The position numbers and the translations under genes were made by a program. This document shows, piece after piece, positions 9,030-17,322 of a stretch of DNA of 64,000 nucleotides. Within the stretch, counting starts at the first letter, position 1, and every line of letters starts with the position of its first letter. The notes beneath the pieces were generated by a model, which saw only the letters and a program-made list of their open reading frames with translations, did not search any database and was not told the DNA's origin. The DNA comes from a virus (taxonomy: Duplodnaviria; Caudoviricetes). The stretch spans positions 1 through 64,000 of IMG/VR virus record IMGVR_UViG_3300036784_000120, one strand, 5' to 3'.

Positions 9030-10791
9030 GGGACTAGCCGTCTCGCCGGCCCTCATCCTGCCCCGCGATGCGGTCACCCAGTCCTTCGCCTTGCTGGCGA
9101 TCCGGAGGGCGGGTAAGAGCAACGCCGGCGCGGTCATGGCCGAGGAGATGCACCATGCCGGGCTGCCGTGGGTGGCGATCGACCCCAAGGGCGACTGGTG
9201 GGGCCTGCGCTCGTCCCGCGACGGGAAGGGCGACGGGCTGCCGGTCCCGATCTTCGGCGGCCTCCACGGCGACATGCCGCTGCTGCCCGAAGCCGCGAAG
9301 CTGATCGCCGAGCTCATCGTGGACCAGAACCTCACCTGCATCCTCGACGTATCGGACTTCCCGTCGAAGGCCGCAGAGATGCGTTTCCTGACCGACTTCG
9401 CCCAGCACCTGTTCCGGCTGCACCGCAAGAACCCGCACCCGCGGCACATCTTCCTTGAGGAGGCCGACGACTACCTGCCGCAGCGGGTGATGCAGGATCA
9501 GGCGAAATGCGTGGGCGCGTGGACCCGGCTGGTGAAGCAGGGCGGCGCGTTCGGCCTCGGCGTCACGCTCATCTCCCAGCGGTCGGCCGTCGTGAACAAG
9601 GACGCGCTCACCCAGGTAGAGACCCTGATCGCGCTGCGCACCACCAGCCCGCAGGACCGTGCCGCGATCAAGGCGTGGACCGACTACCACGACACCAGCC
9701 GGGAGATCGTCGACTCGCTTCCGGGACTGGAGGATGGCGAAGCGTGGGTTATATCGCCCAACTGGCTCGCTCGGCACGGCCAGCCGGCCGTCCAGCGGGT
9801 GCGGTTCCGGCAGCGCGCCACGTTCGACTCTGCTGCCACCCCGACGATGGCCACCGCAGCGCAGCGCCCCGCCACGCTCGCCGACATCGACCTCGGCGCG
9901 ATCCTTGACCGGATGGAGTCCGTCGCCGAGCAGGCCGCGAACGATGACCCCGTAGCGCTGCGGAGGCGAATCACCAGCCTTGAACGGCAGTTGGCCGCGA
10001 AGCCCGGCACCACGCCGGACCGGGAAGCCGCCAAGTTGCGAGAGCAGATCCGCGACCTCACGGCCGCGCTTGACGAGGCCCGGAACCGGCCCCCTGAGCG
10101 GGTGGAGGTTCCCGTGTTCGGTCCCGGTGACATCGCCGCGCTCGAGCAGTACATCACCGGCGCGCGGGACGTGGCGGGCAGCCTGGAGCTCGTGCTGTCC
10201 CGCGCCACCGCGCTGGCCACCGCGAAACCCGCGGCCGCAGCCGCGCTGCCGCGCCGGGCCGCAGCGAAGCCCGCACCGCCGCCTGCGGCGCCCCGCGACA
10301 TACCGGGGCTCCGAGCGGGTGAACGGGCCATGCTGGAAGCGCTGGCCCGCCAGTACCCGCTCAAAACTACCCGGGCGCAACTCGGGTCGCTGAGCGGTTT
10401 CGCGCCGCGCGGCGGCACGTTCCGCACCTACCTCGGCACCCTCCTCCGCGCCGGCCTCGTCGCCCGGGACGGCGACTACGTGACGCTCACCGACGCCGGT
10501 ATGGCACTGACCGGAACCGACGGCCGCCCGCCGGTCACCGCCGAGGAGATCCGGGAAACGTGGCGGCGTGTGCTGCGGGCAGGGGAACGCGCCATGCTCG
10601 ACATCCTCATCGACCGATGGCCGGAGCCGGTCGGCCGCGGCGAGCTCGCCGAACTGACCGGGTTCGAGGTTACAGGCGGCACGTTCCGCACCTACCTCGG
10701 AACCCTCCGCCGTAACGGGCTCGCCGGCGAGACCAGCGACGGGATACGCGCCGATGATGTCTTCTTCCTCACGGACGCCGCCGATGCCTGA
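9013..10791 (+). CDS. HerA/DUF87-like P-loop ATPase with two C-terminal winged-helix repeats
   Basis: Walker A RRAGKS, IDPKGD, Walker B FLEEAD, ISQRS; duplicated LRAGERAML...GGTFRTYLGTL. Confidence 0.8.
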   Translation: MATRVKGLAVSPALILPRDAVTQSFALLAIRRAGKSNAGAVMAEEMHHAGLPWVAIDPKGDWWGLRSSRDGKGDGLPVPIFGGLHGDMPLLPEAAKLIAELIVDQNLTCILDVSDFPSKAAEMRFLTDFAQHLFRLHRKNPHPRHIFLEEADDYLPQRVMQDQAKCVGAWTRLVKQGGAFGLGVTLISQRSAVVNKDALTQVETLIALRTTSPQDRAAIKAWTDYHDTSREIVDSLPGLEDGEAWVISPNWLARHGQPAVQRVRFRQRATFDSAATPTMATAAQRPATLADIDLGAILDRMESVAEQAANDDPVALRRRITSLERQLAAKPGTTPDREAAKLREQIRDLTAALDEARNRPPERVEVPVFGPGDIAALEQYITGARDVAGSLELVLSRATALATAKPAAAAALPRRAAAKPAPPPAAPRDIPGLRAGERAMLEALARQYPLKTTRAQLGSLSGFAPRGGTFRTYLGTLLRAGLVARDGDYVTLTDAGMALTGTDGRPPVTAEEIRETWRRVLRAGERAMLDILIDRWPEPVGRGELAELTGFEVTGGTFRTYLGTLRRNGLAGETSDGIRADDVFFLTDAADA

Positions 10792-11305
10792 CGACGGGAT
10801 CTGGATCGAGTCCACGCGCGGCCCGGACGACAAGCCGGTATGCCTCATCACCTGGGGATCGATGCAGTGGTATGCGCCGGTCGCTGATGTCCGCGTGACC
10901 GCGCTCGACCTCCTCACCTGCGCCGCCTACGCCGAGATGGCGATGCACCTGAAGCTCGCGCTGGACCTGGACGCCGGCACCGCTTCGGCGCTCATGTCAG
11001 ACCTGCTGAGCCAGCAGCGCAGCGAAGAGTTCGGCACCCTGTCCACCATCACCTTGATGCCTGCCGGGTCAACGAAACGCCGGCTGGCGGTCGTGCTGCT
11101 CAGACGGGTCCGCGGCGGCAGCGGGTGGGACGGGGAGGTGGACGCCGCTGAGGCGCGGGCGATGGCGCTGCGGTGGCTCGAGGTCGCGGAAGCCACCGAA
11201 TCGGATCAGCTGGTCAGTGAGGCGCTCCGCGCGACGAGGGTGTGCGGCACGGCCGGGCAGGAAAAGCTGTTCGGGTACCTGCGGGAATTGAGGGCCGCGC
11301 CATGA
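10784..11305 (+). CDS. Hypothetical protein
   Basis: Overlapping coupled ORF. Confidence 0.6.
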   Translation: MPDDGIWIESTRGPDDKPVCLITWGSMQWYAPVADVRVTALDLLTCAAYAEMAMHLKLALDLDAGTASALMSDLLSQQRSEEFGTLSTITLMPAGSTKRRLAVVLLRRVRGGSGWDGEVDAAEARAMALRWLEVAEATESDQLVSEALRATRVCGTAGQEKLFGYLRELRAAP

Positions 11306-11529
11306 TCATGATCCTGCACCTGGCCGACAAGCGTGACGTGCAGGTGCCCGCGCGCATCACGCACGACCCGGGGACGGGCACGACGCGGCTCGTCACCGCG
11401 TGGCCCGATGACGTTGAGGGTGTCACGGTGACCGGCTTCACGCTGATGGCCAGCACGACCCCGCTCACCCTGGAAGCGGGTGACACGCTCACCATCCCGC
11501 TGCCGTACATGATCGGGACGGAGAAATGA
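11302..11529 (+). CDS. Hypothetical protein
   Basis: ATGA overlap. Confidence 0.5.
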   Translation: MIMILHLADKRDVQVPARITHDPGTGTTRLVTAWPDDVEGVTVTGFTLMASTTPLTLEAGDTLTIPLPYMIGTEK

Positions 11530-11537
11530 GCGCCCGG

Positions 11538-12773
11538 TTACCGGGCACTGACGGCCTCCTCCGCCCGGGCCCGCCGCCACGCCACGGCGAGCACCGCCCC
11601 GGCCGCCGTGCCCGCCACGGCGAACCACGCGATCACCAGGGCCGGGCTGACCCGCTGCGCGATCGCGCCCGCCGCCAGCACCGCGACGGCCTGGGCCAGG
11701 CTCATCGCCGCGCCGACGACGCCGTTGGCCTTGCCCCGGTGCTCGTCCGGGACCGCCATGATCATCGCCCCGGCCGCGGCCGGGATGAACCCGGTGAACA
11801 GGCCCGACACCGCCAGGATGACGACCGCGCCGGCGAGCACGGGCGGCCCCGCGAACGCGGTGAGCACCACGCAGCCGGTGACGGCGGTCACGGCCGCCAG
11901 CCGCATCCGCAGGTCCTCGGCGACGAACCGCGTGTAGACCATCGGGCCGATCGTCGCGCCCGCCGCGCCGGCCGCGAGCAGCACCCCGACCGTGCCCGCG
12001 CCGCCGCCCAGCTGGCGGCTCAGCGGCACCGACAGCCCCTCCGGGACGGCGTAGAAGCCGGCCAGGCACAGCAGGCCCATCGCGGCGACGGCGACGGGGC
12101 GGGTGAGCACGACGCGGACCCCGGCGAGCACCTGCGGCCGGGCCGGGCCGCCGCCGCCGGGCGCCGGGCGGGCCCGGACCCCGTACCGGATCAGCGCGGC
12201 CGATGCGAGGAACGAGGCGGCGTCGACGGCGATCGCGGCCCGCACCCCGACCAGGGCGACGACCGCGCCGCCGGCGGCGAACCCGGCGAGCTGCGCGACC
12301 TGGTAGGTCGCCAGCGTGACGCCCATCCCGACCGGGAACCGGCGCTCGCCGAGCGCCGCGACGTTGGTCGCCATCCGGGCGGACAGGAACGGTTCGATCG
12401 CCAGGCCGACCGTGAACAGCAGCGCGATCAGCGCGGCGAGCGGCAGGCCGGGGATGAGCATGACCGCGACCAGCGCGGCGCACGCCAGGTCACTCACGAT
12501 CATGACCTGCCGCCGGGGCCAGCGGTCGGCGGTCCAGCCGAGCAGCAGCCCGCCGGCGAACATCGCCAGGGTGGTGAGCGCGAACGTGACCGCGGCGAGC
12601 AGCGGTGAGCCGGTGCGGCCGTAGACCAGCACCGCGATCGCGACGCGGGCGAACTGGTCGCCGCCGAACGAGATGAGCTGGGCGATCCACAGCGCCCGCC
12701 ATTCGCCTACCGCGAACACCTCGCGGTAAGTCACCTTGCCCTGGACCTGCTGCGCTTGCGTGCCGGCCGTCAT
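11538..12773 (-). CDS. MFS transporter
   Basis: 411 aa, about 12 hydrophobic segments; GWTADRWPRRQVMIVSD motif A; VPDEHRGKANG. Confidence 0.9.
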   Translation of the reverse strand: MTAGTQAQQVQGKVTYREVFAVGEWRALWIAQLISFGGDQFARVAIAVLVYGRTGSPLLAAVTFALTTLAMFAGGLLLGWTADRWPRRQVMIVSDLACAALVAVMLIPGLPLAALIALLFTVGLAIEPFLSARMATNVAALGERRFPVGMGVTLATYQVAQLAGFAAGGAVVALVGVRAAIAVDAASFLASAALIRYGVRARPAPGGGGPARPQVLAGVRVVLTRPVAVAAMGLLCLAGFYAVPEGLSVPLSRQLGGGAGTVGVLLAAGAAGATIGPMVYTRFVAEDLRMRLAAVTAVTGCVVLTAFAGPPVLAGAVVILAVSGLFTGFIPAAAGAMIMAVPDEHRGKANGVVGAAMSLAQAVAVLAAGAIAQRVSPALVIAWFAVAGTAAGAVLAVAWRRARAEEAVSAR

Positions 12774-12800
12774 GGTGGCGCCTTTCCGGTCAGGCGCGTC

Positions 12801-12977
12801 TTATAGCCGGGCGGCAGCGGCGACGCAGGCAACGGTGTATCCCCAGGAGACCCCGACTGGCGGGCAGCCGAGCAACGGCCAGAACCCGAACGGTCCGCAT
12901 GCCCAGTTCTGGCACTCCTGGCTGTCTGCATCGCCGGCCGGGGGCCGCGGGATGCCTTCGTCGTCGAAGTAACGCAC
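12801..12977 (-). CDS. 58-aa Cys/Trp-rich small protein upstream of MFS (below ORF-track cutoff)
   Basis: GGAGGA RBS then GTG; MRYFDDEGIPRPPAGDADSQECQNWACGPFGFWPLLGCPPVGVSWGYTVACVAAAARL. Confidence 0.4.
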   Translation of the reverse strand: MRYFDDEGIPRPPAGDADSQECQNWACGPFGFWPLLGCPPVGVSWGYTVACVAAAARL

Positions 12978-13050
12978 GTAATCGTCCTCCGCCGCCTAGT
13001 AAGAGCCGGAAGCTAGCAGGCTGCCTGGAGACTATCAGAAAAGTTACCTC

Positions 13051-13081
13051 TTGACAGCAACCAAATACGTAAGGTTACAGT
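13051..13081 (+). promoter_or_regulatory. Putative promoter in AT-rich divergent region
   Basis: TTGACA(13051)-19 nt-TACAGT(13076); spacer longer than canonical. Confidence 0.45.
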
Positions 13082-13133
13082 TGCATCGTCCGGGCCGCGA
13101 AACTCTGCAAATCCCCGGAAGGGGGCAGCCATC

Positions 13134-13175
13134 ATGAACATCGCCGCCGTCGCACTCGTGTACTTCCACAGCTGA
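13134..13175 (+). CDS. 13-aa peptide MNIAAVALVYFHS
   Basis: Purine-rich RBS GGAAGGGGG, ATG...TGA, downstream of promoter, followed by hairpin. Confidence 0.5.
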   Translation: MNIAAVALVYFHS

Positions 13176-13200
13176 CACCCCGCCACCGCGACACGCACAA

Positions 13201-13241
13201 GGGCCGCCGCCCTTGCCCCGTTGGGCGGCGGCCCCCATTTT
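13201..13241 (+). terminator. GC-rich hairpin with short T tract (terminator/attenuator)
   Basis: GGGCCGCCGCCC-10 nt-GGGCGGCGGCCC then CCATTTT. Confidence 0.6.
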
Positions 13242-13257
13242 CCGGGGGGAAGTGCAC

Positions 13258-13827
13258 ATGACCGGGACACTGCTCACAGGCACACGGCAGCTAGGCGTCG
13301 CGGAGATGCTGGCCGCCGAACTCAAAACCAGCCGTCTCCCCGCCACGGGCATCCTCGAGGATCACCTTCGGGCCCAGCGCGGCGCCGCCTGCCCGCTGCG
13401 CCTCCACGTCACCGGCCCCGACCCCCATCCCGGTGTCCGGCAACTCAAAGACAAGGAGAAGGCCCGCGTCGGCGCCCCCGGCCTCGCACAGTGCTACTGG
13501 CGGACCGGCCTGATGCTCTACGACCTCGCTGAGATCGCCGTCGTCACCACCCTCGTATGGCTCCCCGCACGGCTTCGGGTTGAAGCGTGCATCGACCTGG
13601 CCGAAAAGATCCCGGCCGGGAAAGCACTGCCCGGCATGCAGCGCACCGACCGGCGGGCTATGGCGCTCACCGAACGCGAACACGAGTTGGACCCGGCTGA
13701 CGGCCTCTGCGGCGACCTCGACATCGCCGTCACGGCGTCGGCAGTGCTGATCGTCGACGGCTGGGCCGCCGCGATCGCCACCGAACACATCACCCGCTCG
13801 TTCACCGAACTCCTCGCCGGGGACTGA
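13258..13827 (+). CDS. Hypothetical protein, possible chorismate-lyase/UTRA-like fold
   Basis: Size and pattern (G.L...L, ...PAGKAL, C-terminal LIVDGWAAAIATEHI) resemble UbiC-like folds; weak. Confidence 0.45.
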   Translation: MTGTLLTGTRQLGVAEMLAAELKTSRLPATGILEDHLRAQRGAACPLRLHVTGPDPHPGVRQLKDKEKARVGAPGLAQCYWRTGLMLYDLAEIAVVTTLVWLPARLRVEACIDLAEKIPAGKALPGMQRTDRRAMALTEREHELDPADGLCGDLDIAVTASAVLIVDGWAAAIATEHITRSFTELLAGD

Positions 13828-13829
13828 GA

Positions 13830-13857
13830 GCGACAATAAATCGGTGTTTAATGTCGC
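13830..13857. promoter_or_regulatory. 11-6-11 inverted repeat (recombinase-site or operator geometry)
   Basis: GCGACAATAAA-TCGGTG-TTTAATGTCGC, arms 10/11 complementary. Confidence 0.45.
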
Positions 13858-13859
13858 GC

Positions 13860-14111
13860 ATGCCGCCCCGCGACGCCCGTCTGTGCCCCGACCTCGAGCG
13901 CGCCCTTCCCGCCGAGGGGTACACGGACTACCGGGTCGTGCGCGAGCTCCGCGAGGCCGTCTTCGGCGACGGCCGGTGGCGCCCGGTCACCCTCCGGGCG
14001 GTATGGCGGGACCGCGGCGGCCGGTGGGTGGCGAAGCTTGAGTGGAGCATCGACGGGGAGGGCTGGACCGAGGCGTACGTGGCCGACGCGGAGAAGATCC
14101 GGAAGGTTTAG
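13860..14111 (+). CDS. Hypothetical protein
   Basis: ORF, Trp-rich beta-type pattern. Confidence 0.55.
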   Translation: MPPRDARLCPDLERALPAEGYTDYRVVRELREAVFGDGRWRPVTLRAVWRDRGGRWVAKLEWSIDGEGWTEAYVADAEKIRKV

Positions 14112-14798
14112 CTAAGCATCGCGCCTCACCCCGTACCGGGTGCCGAGCACGTAGGCGGCGTGGCCGTCGAGTGGTATCGGCGGAGGTTCCGGTTCAGCCC
14201 ATCCCGTGAACGGGCTGTAGTAGCGGATCTTCACGCCAAGGATGCTGGCGGGGTTTCTCTCGCGGTAGCGATCGAACCGCCCGCCGGGGACGCTCGCGAA
14301 GCCCTCAAGCGTGTTACATGACTGGCATAGCAGGCCGCGCACAAGACCGGTCTCATGGTCATGATCAGTGAACTCCGCGCGACCGCCGCAGACCGCGCAT
14401 CGGCGATCCTGCCAGTCATCGAGCAGACCCATCGCCAGGGCGTGCGCCTCATCCTCGTCCGGGCACCCGACCGCCGCAGCGGCTCGCCGACGGTGCTCAT
14501 CGGTGACAGGCCACGACCAGCATGCGACCGGAAGCCCCCAGCAGGACTCAAGGCGCTGCTGCCCGGCGAGTTCCGTCACGCTGGCATGCTCCGCCAGTTC
14601 CGCTTCCGTCGCATGGCTTCGGCATGCCAGTGCTTCATACCGCATGGTGGTGCCGTCGCATTCGACGGTGACGGCAACGAGTCTGTGGCTGCGGCACGGC
14701 GTCTCGTTCTTGGTCGGGCGCCCGCACAGCGCAGGGTCACGAGAGAGCAGATCGGCGAGGGTGTCGACCGGATACCATTTCCCGCCCGTGATCGTCAC
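14112..14798 (-). CDS. Endonuclease VII domain protein
   Basis: QDRRCAVCG...DHDHETGLVRGLLCQSCNTLEG. Confidence 0.85.
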   Translation of the reverse strand: MTITGGKWYPVDTLADLLSRDPALCGRPTKNETPCRSHRLVAVTVECDGTTMRYEALACRSHATEAELAEHASVTELAGQQRLESCWGLPVACWSWPVTDEHRRRAAAAVGCPDEDEAHALAMGLLDDWQDRRCAVCGGRAEFTDHDHETGLVRGLLCQSCNTLEGFASVPGGRFDRYRERNPASILGVKIRYYSPFTGWAEPEPPPIPLDGHAAYVLGTRYGVRRDA

Positions 14799-15835
14799 TC
14801 CGTGCCCGCCAGGTAGTTAGCGAGCGTGTACCCGGGAGACCGGTCCAGGCGGCTGCGTGACCGGTCGTACCGGCGGGTGGTCCGCGGATCCTTATGCCCC
14901 ATCGCGTCTTGCAGGTCGACCAGGTTCCCGCCCGCGTCCAGGTAGAGGGTGGCGAAACTGTGCCGCATCGAATGGGCACCCATCCGCGACACGAGCTCGG
15001 CCGGCAGCCCGGCGGCGCGGCCGAGACGCCGCATCAGCCCCCACACGTCCGCTGGCCGCATCGGCTTCCCGGTTGAGGTCACGAACACCCGCCGCGGTGC
15101 ACTCGCGTGGCCGCGGACCGCAGGAAGGCTCGTGTCCGGGCGGGTCGCGAGGTAGGCGTCCAGGCGGGTGATGACCGGCGGCGGCATGACCAGCGCCTGC
15201 CTGACGCCGCCTTTCCTCGTCACCCACAGGACACGGTGCCCGCGGTCCATGCTGATGTCGGCGGTGACCGCACCGCACACCTCAGACACCCGGGCGCCGG
15301 TGAACAGCAGCAGCGCGGCCAGCGCCGCATTCCGCGGCGACGCCCCCCGCCCGCCGTCGGCGGCGGCGAGGATCGCAAGCGCCTGCTCCCTCGTGAGACC
15401 CGGGGTCTTCGACGTGTCCGGATCGACCTCCGGCCGCGGCAGCCCGTCCGCCGGGTTCTCCGCGACGTAGCCTTGCCGTTTCAGCCACGCATACCACGAC
15501 GACACCGCAGCGAGTTTCCGCGCAACCGTAGGCGCCGACAGCCCCGCTGCTTCCATGCCGCGGGCCCACAGCGCGACGTGTTCCTGCCGCACCCCGCCGA
15601 GCGGGTGGATACCCGCCGACCCGCAGAAGGTGAGCCAGTCCGGGGCCTTGGCCGGCCGCGGTTCGCCGATCGTCTCGGCGCCGGGGCGGAGGATTCGCAC
15701 GCCGAGGTCCAGCCCGTAGTTGAACCGGGTGTGCGCCGATCGCTTGGTGGTCAGCCAGCGGACCACGAGCTGCTCAGCAGTCAGCTGGCCGCCAGCAGCG
15801 GCGGGGACCGGCGCGTACGGCTCGACCTCAGTCAT
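14795..15835 (-). CDS. Tyrosine recombinase (XerC/D-like)
   Basis: SAM-like domain; catalytic R (GARVSE), K (RKGG), HSMRH, MGH, RRYD. Confidence 0.92.
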   Translation of the reverse strand: MTEVEPYAPVPAAAGGQLTAEQLVVRWLTTKRSAHTRFNYGLDLGVRILRPGAETIGEPRPAKAPDWLTFCGSAGIHPLGGVRQEHVALWARGMEAAGLSAPTVARKLAAVSSWYAWLKRQGYVAENPADGLPRPEVDPDTSKTPGLTREQALAILAAADGGRGASPRNAALAALLLFTGARVSEVCGAVTADISMDRGHRVLWVTRKGGVRQALVMPPPVITRLDAYLATRPDTSLPAVRGHASAPRRVFVTSTGKPMRPADVWGLMRRLGRAAGLPAELVSRMGAHSMRHSFATLYLDAGGNLVDLQDAMGHKDPRTTRRYDRSRSRLDRSPGYTLANYLAGTE

Positions 15836-16095
15836 GCGCCTTCCAGCCCGAACAGCGGCACGTGCTGCGCCTCGAGCGCGAGTTCGACGTGGGCGATGTC
15901 CTGGCCTTCGGCGCGGGCCCGCTCAATCCACTTCTCGGCCATTTCGCGGGTGTTCTCGAACGCCTGCTCCCGCCCGGCACCGTGGTTGGAGCCGCCGCAG
16001 ATGCAGTCGCAGTCCGGCTCTTGAGCGTTGTAGCATTTCGCGTCGCAGCGGCCCTGCTCACCGCCCGACGACTGATAGGAGATCAGGGTAGTCAC
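15832..16095 (-). CDS. Cys-rich hypothetical protein
   Basis: CDAKCYNA...CDCICGGSNHG; ATGA overlap with recombinase. Confidence 0.7.
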   Translation of the reverse strand: MTTLISYQSSGGEQGRCDAKCYNAQEPDCDCICGGSNHGAGREQAFENTREMAEKWIERARAEGQDIAHVELALEAQHVPLFGLEGA

Positions 16096-16106
16096 CGGGG
16101 GACCAC

Positions 16107-16580
16107 CTACTCGTCGCTGTGATCGGCGAGCCACTGGAAGACCTCGGTGCGGCTGATCCGCCACGAGTCACCCCACCGGGCGACGAACTCGAACTTGAAC
16201 TCCTGATACGGCAGGGGCCGGTACCCGCCTTCGCAGTCGATGCACTTGTACGTTTCCCCGGCGTCGTGGCTGTCCGCTTCGTACGGCACCTCGCGGTCGC
16301 TGTCCGGGTCCCAGACCAGCAGCCGCGTGCCTTTGCAGGTGCGGCATACGGCGTCGTCGCCGAGCACGGCGATGAGCAGGGACCGGGCGAGGTCGGCCGG
16401 GCCGGAACCCGCGTAGCCCCATGAGAAGCCGGTCGGTGAGTGCTTGGCGACGTGGTTGAGCAGTCCGAGGGGTTCGTGGCCGCCGGTTTCGATGATGACC
16501 GCGTGCGGTCCGGCGGTGCTGGTGGTGTCGCCGCGGTACCAGACCTCAGCGGGCGCGGCGGTGTCGTTCGGTGCAGTCAT
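16107..16580 (-). CDS. DUF6166-like protein with Zn-finger insertion
   Basis: HSPTGFSWGYAGSGPADLARSLL...YQEFKFEFVA. Confidence 0.75.
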   Translation of the reverse strand: MTAPNDTAAPAEVWYRGDTTSTAGPHAVIIETGGHEPLGLLNHVAKHSPTGFSWGYAGSGPADLARSLLIAVLGDDAVCRTCKGTRLLVWDPDSDREVPYEADSHDAGETYKCIDCEGGYRPLPYQEFKFEFVARWGDSWRISRTEVFQWLADHSDE

Positions 16581-16649
16581 GATGCCTCCGTTAGCTTGTT
16601 CGATCCTCGCGCCGGATTGCGCGCATGCTGGGCAACGACCCCCGGTCGC

Positions 16650-16847
16650 TCACCGCCACCTCACGAGTTGCCCGCTGCCCACGCAGCGTCGGCCTGTAGA
16701 TGGATTGTTGTGCGGCTTCAGCGCGATCTCCGTCCGATCGCGGTTTGTGTTGCCGCCTGCCGTCGACCGACCGCAGGCCGGACAGTCGGCTCTTGCTAGC
16801 CGAGTGCCACGCACGCCGCCTGTGTGCCTGTTGCCATGCCATGCCAT
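16650..16847 (-). CDS. Small Zn-binding hypothetical protein, probably leaderless
   Basis: CPAC...H...C; TATCTT -10 six nt before ATG. Confidence 0.5.
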   Translation of the reverse strand: MAWHGNRHTGGVRGTRLARADCPACGRSTAGGNTNRDRTEIALKPHNNPSTGRRCVGSGQLVRWR

Positions 16848-16849
16848 GA

Positions 16850-16877
16850 CCCAAAGATAACAGTAATTATCTCCGTA
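16850..16877. promoter_or_regulatory. Tyrosine-recombinase-type core site overlapping leftward promoter
   Basis: CCCAAAGATAA-CAGTAA-TTATCTCCGTA (ATAA-N6-TTAT, dif-like geometry). Confidence 0.5.
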
Positions 16878-16974
16878 TGCCAGGAGGCTGGTTTACGTGT
16901 CGCTGACGGCTGTTTGACGTATCACCGACGCATCACGCGCACCCCGCGCGACACTTCGGTTACGGTGGTTTTTC

Positions 16975-17205
16975 ATGCGAAACGCCGACCTCACCACCAT
17001 CGCCAGCATCCGCGCGGACCTCGCGTCGGGCACCGCGCAGGCCGTCCGGGAGGCGGCCGGGGTGAGCCGCGCCGAGATCGCGGACGCGGCGGGTGTCACC
17101 CGGCAGTCGGTGCACGCGTGGGAGACACTCGGCGTGGTGCCGTCGGCCCGCAACGCCCTGAACTACGCGCGGGCGCTCGCCGCAGCCGCCCGCCCTGCCG
17201 CGTAA
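16975..17205 (+). CDS. Cro/XRE-type HTH protein
   Basis: VREAAGVSRAEIADAAGVTRQSVHAWETLGVVP. Confidence 0.85.
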   Translation: MRNADLTTIASIRADLASGTAQAVREAAGVSRAEIADAAGVTRQSVHAWETLGVVPSARNALNYARALAAAARPAA

Positions 17206-17322
17206 AGGATCTGTAACGGGCCGCGGTGTCCTCCGATGTCTCTCCCCAGGTACCCAGGGACTCCGGTATCGTTTCGGCGGGGTTTTACCCGCATTAATCA
17301 CCAGATGGGAAAGGACACCCAC

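Noticed and set aside
9034-10917. Long antisense/alternate-frame ORFs (e.g. 9034-10917, 20150-21679, 42539-44732, 55982-57307)
   Set aside because: Shadow ORFs of high-GC coding sequence: Arg/Pro/Gly-rich, no motifs, overlap well-supported genes
13134-13175. Biarylitide (YxH) RiPP precursor
   Set aside because: YFH present, but the peptide is longer than the pentapeptide type and there is no cytochrome P450 in the window
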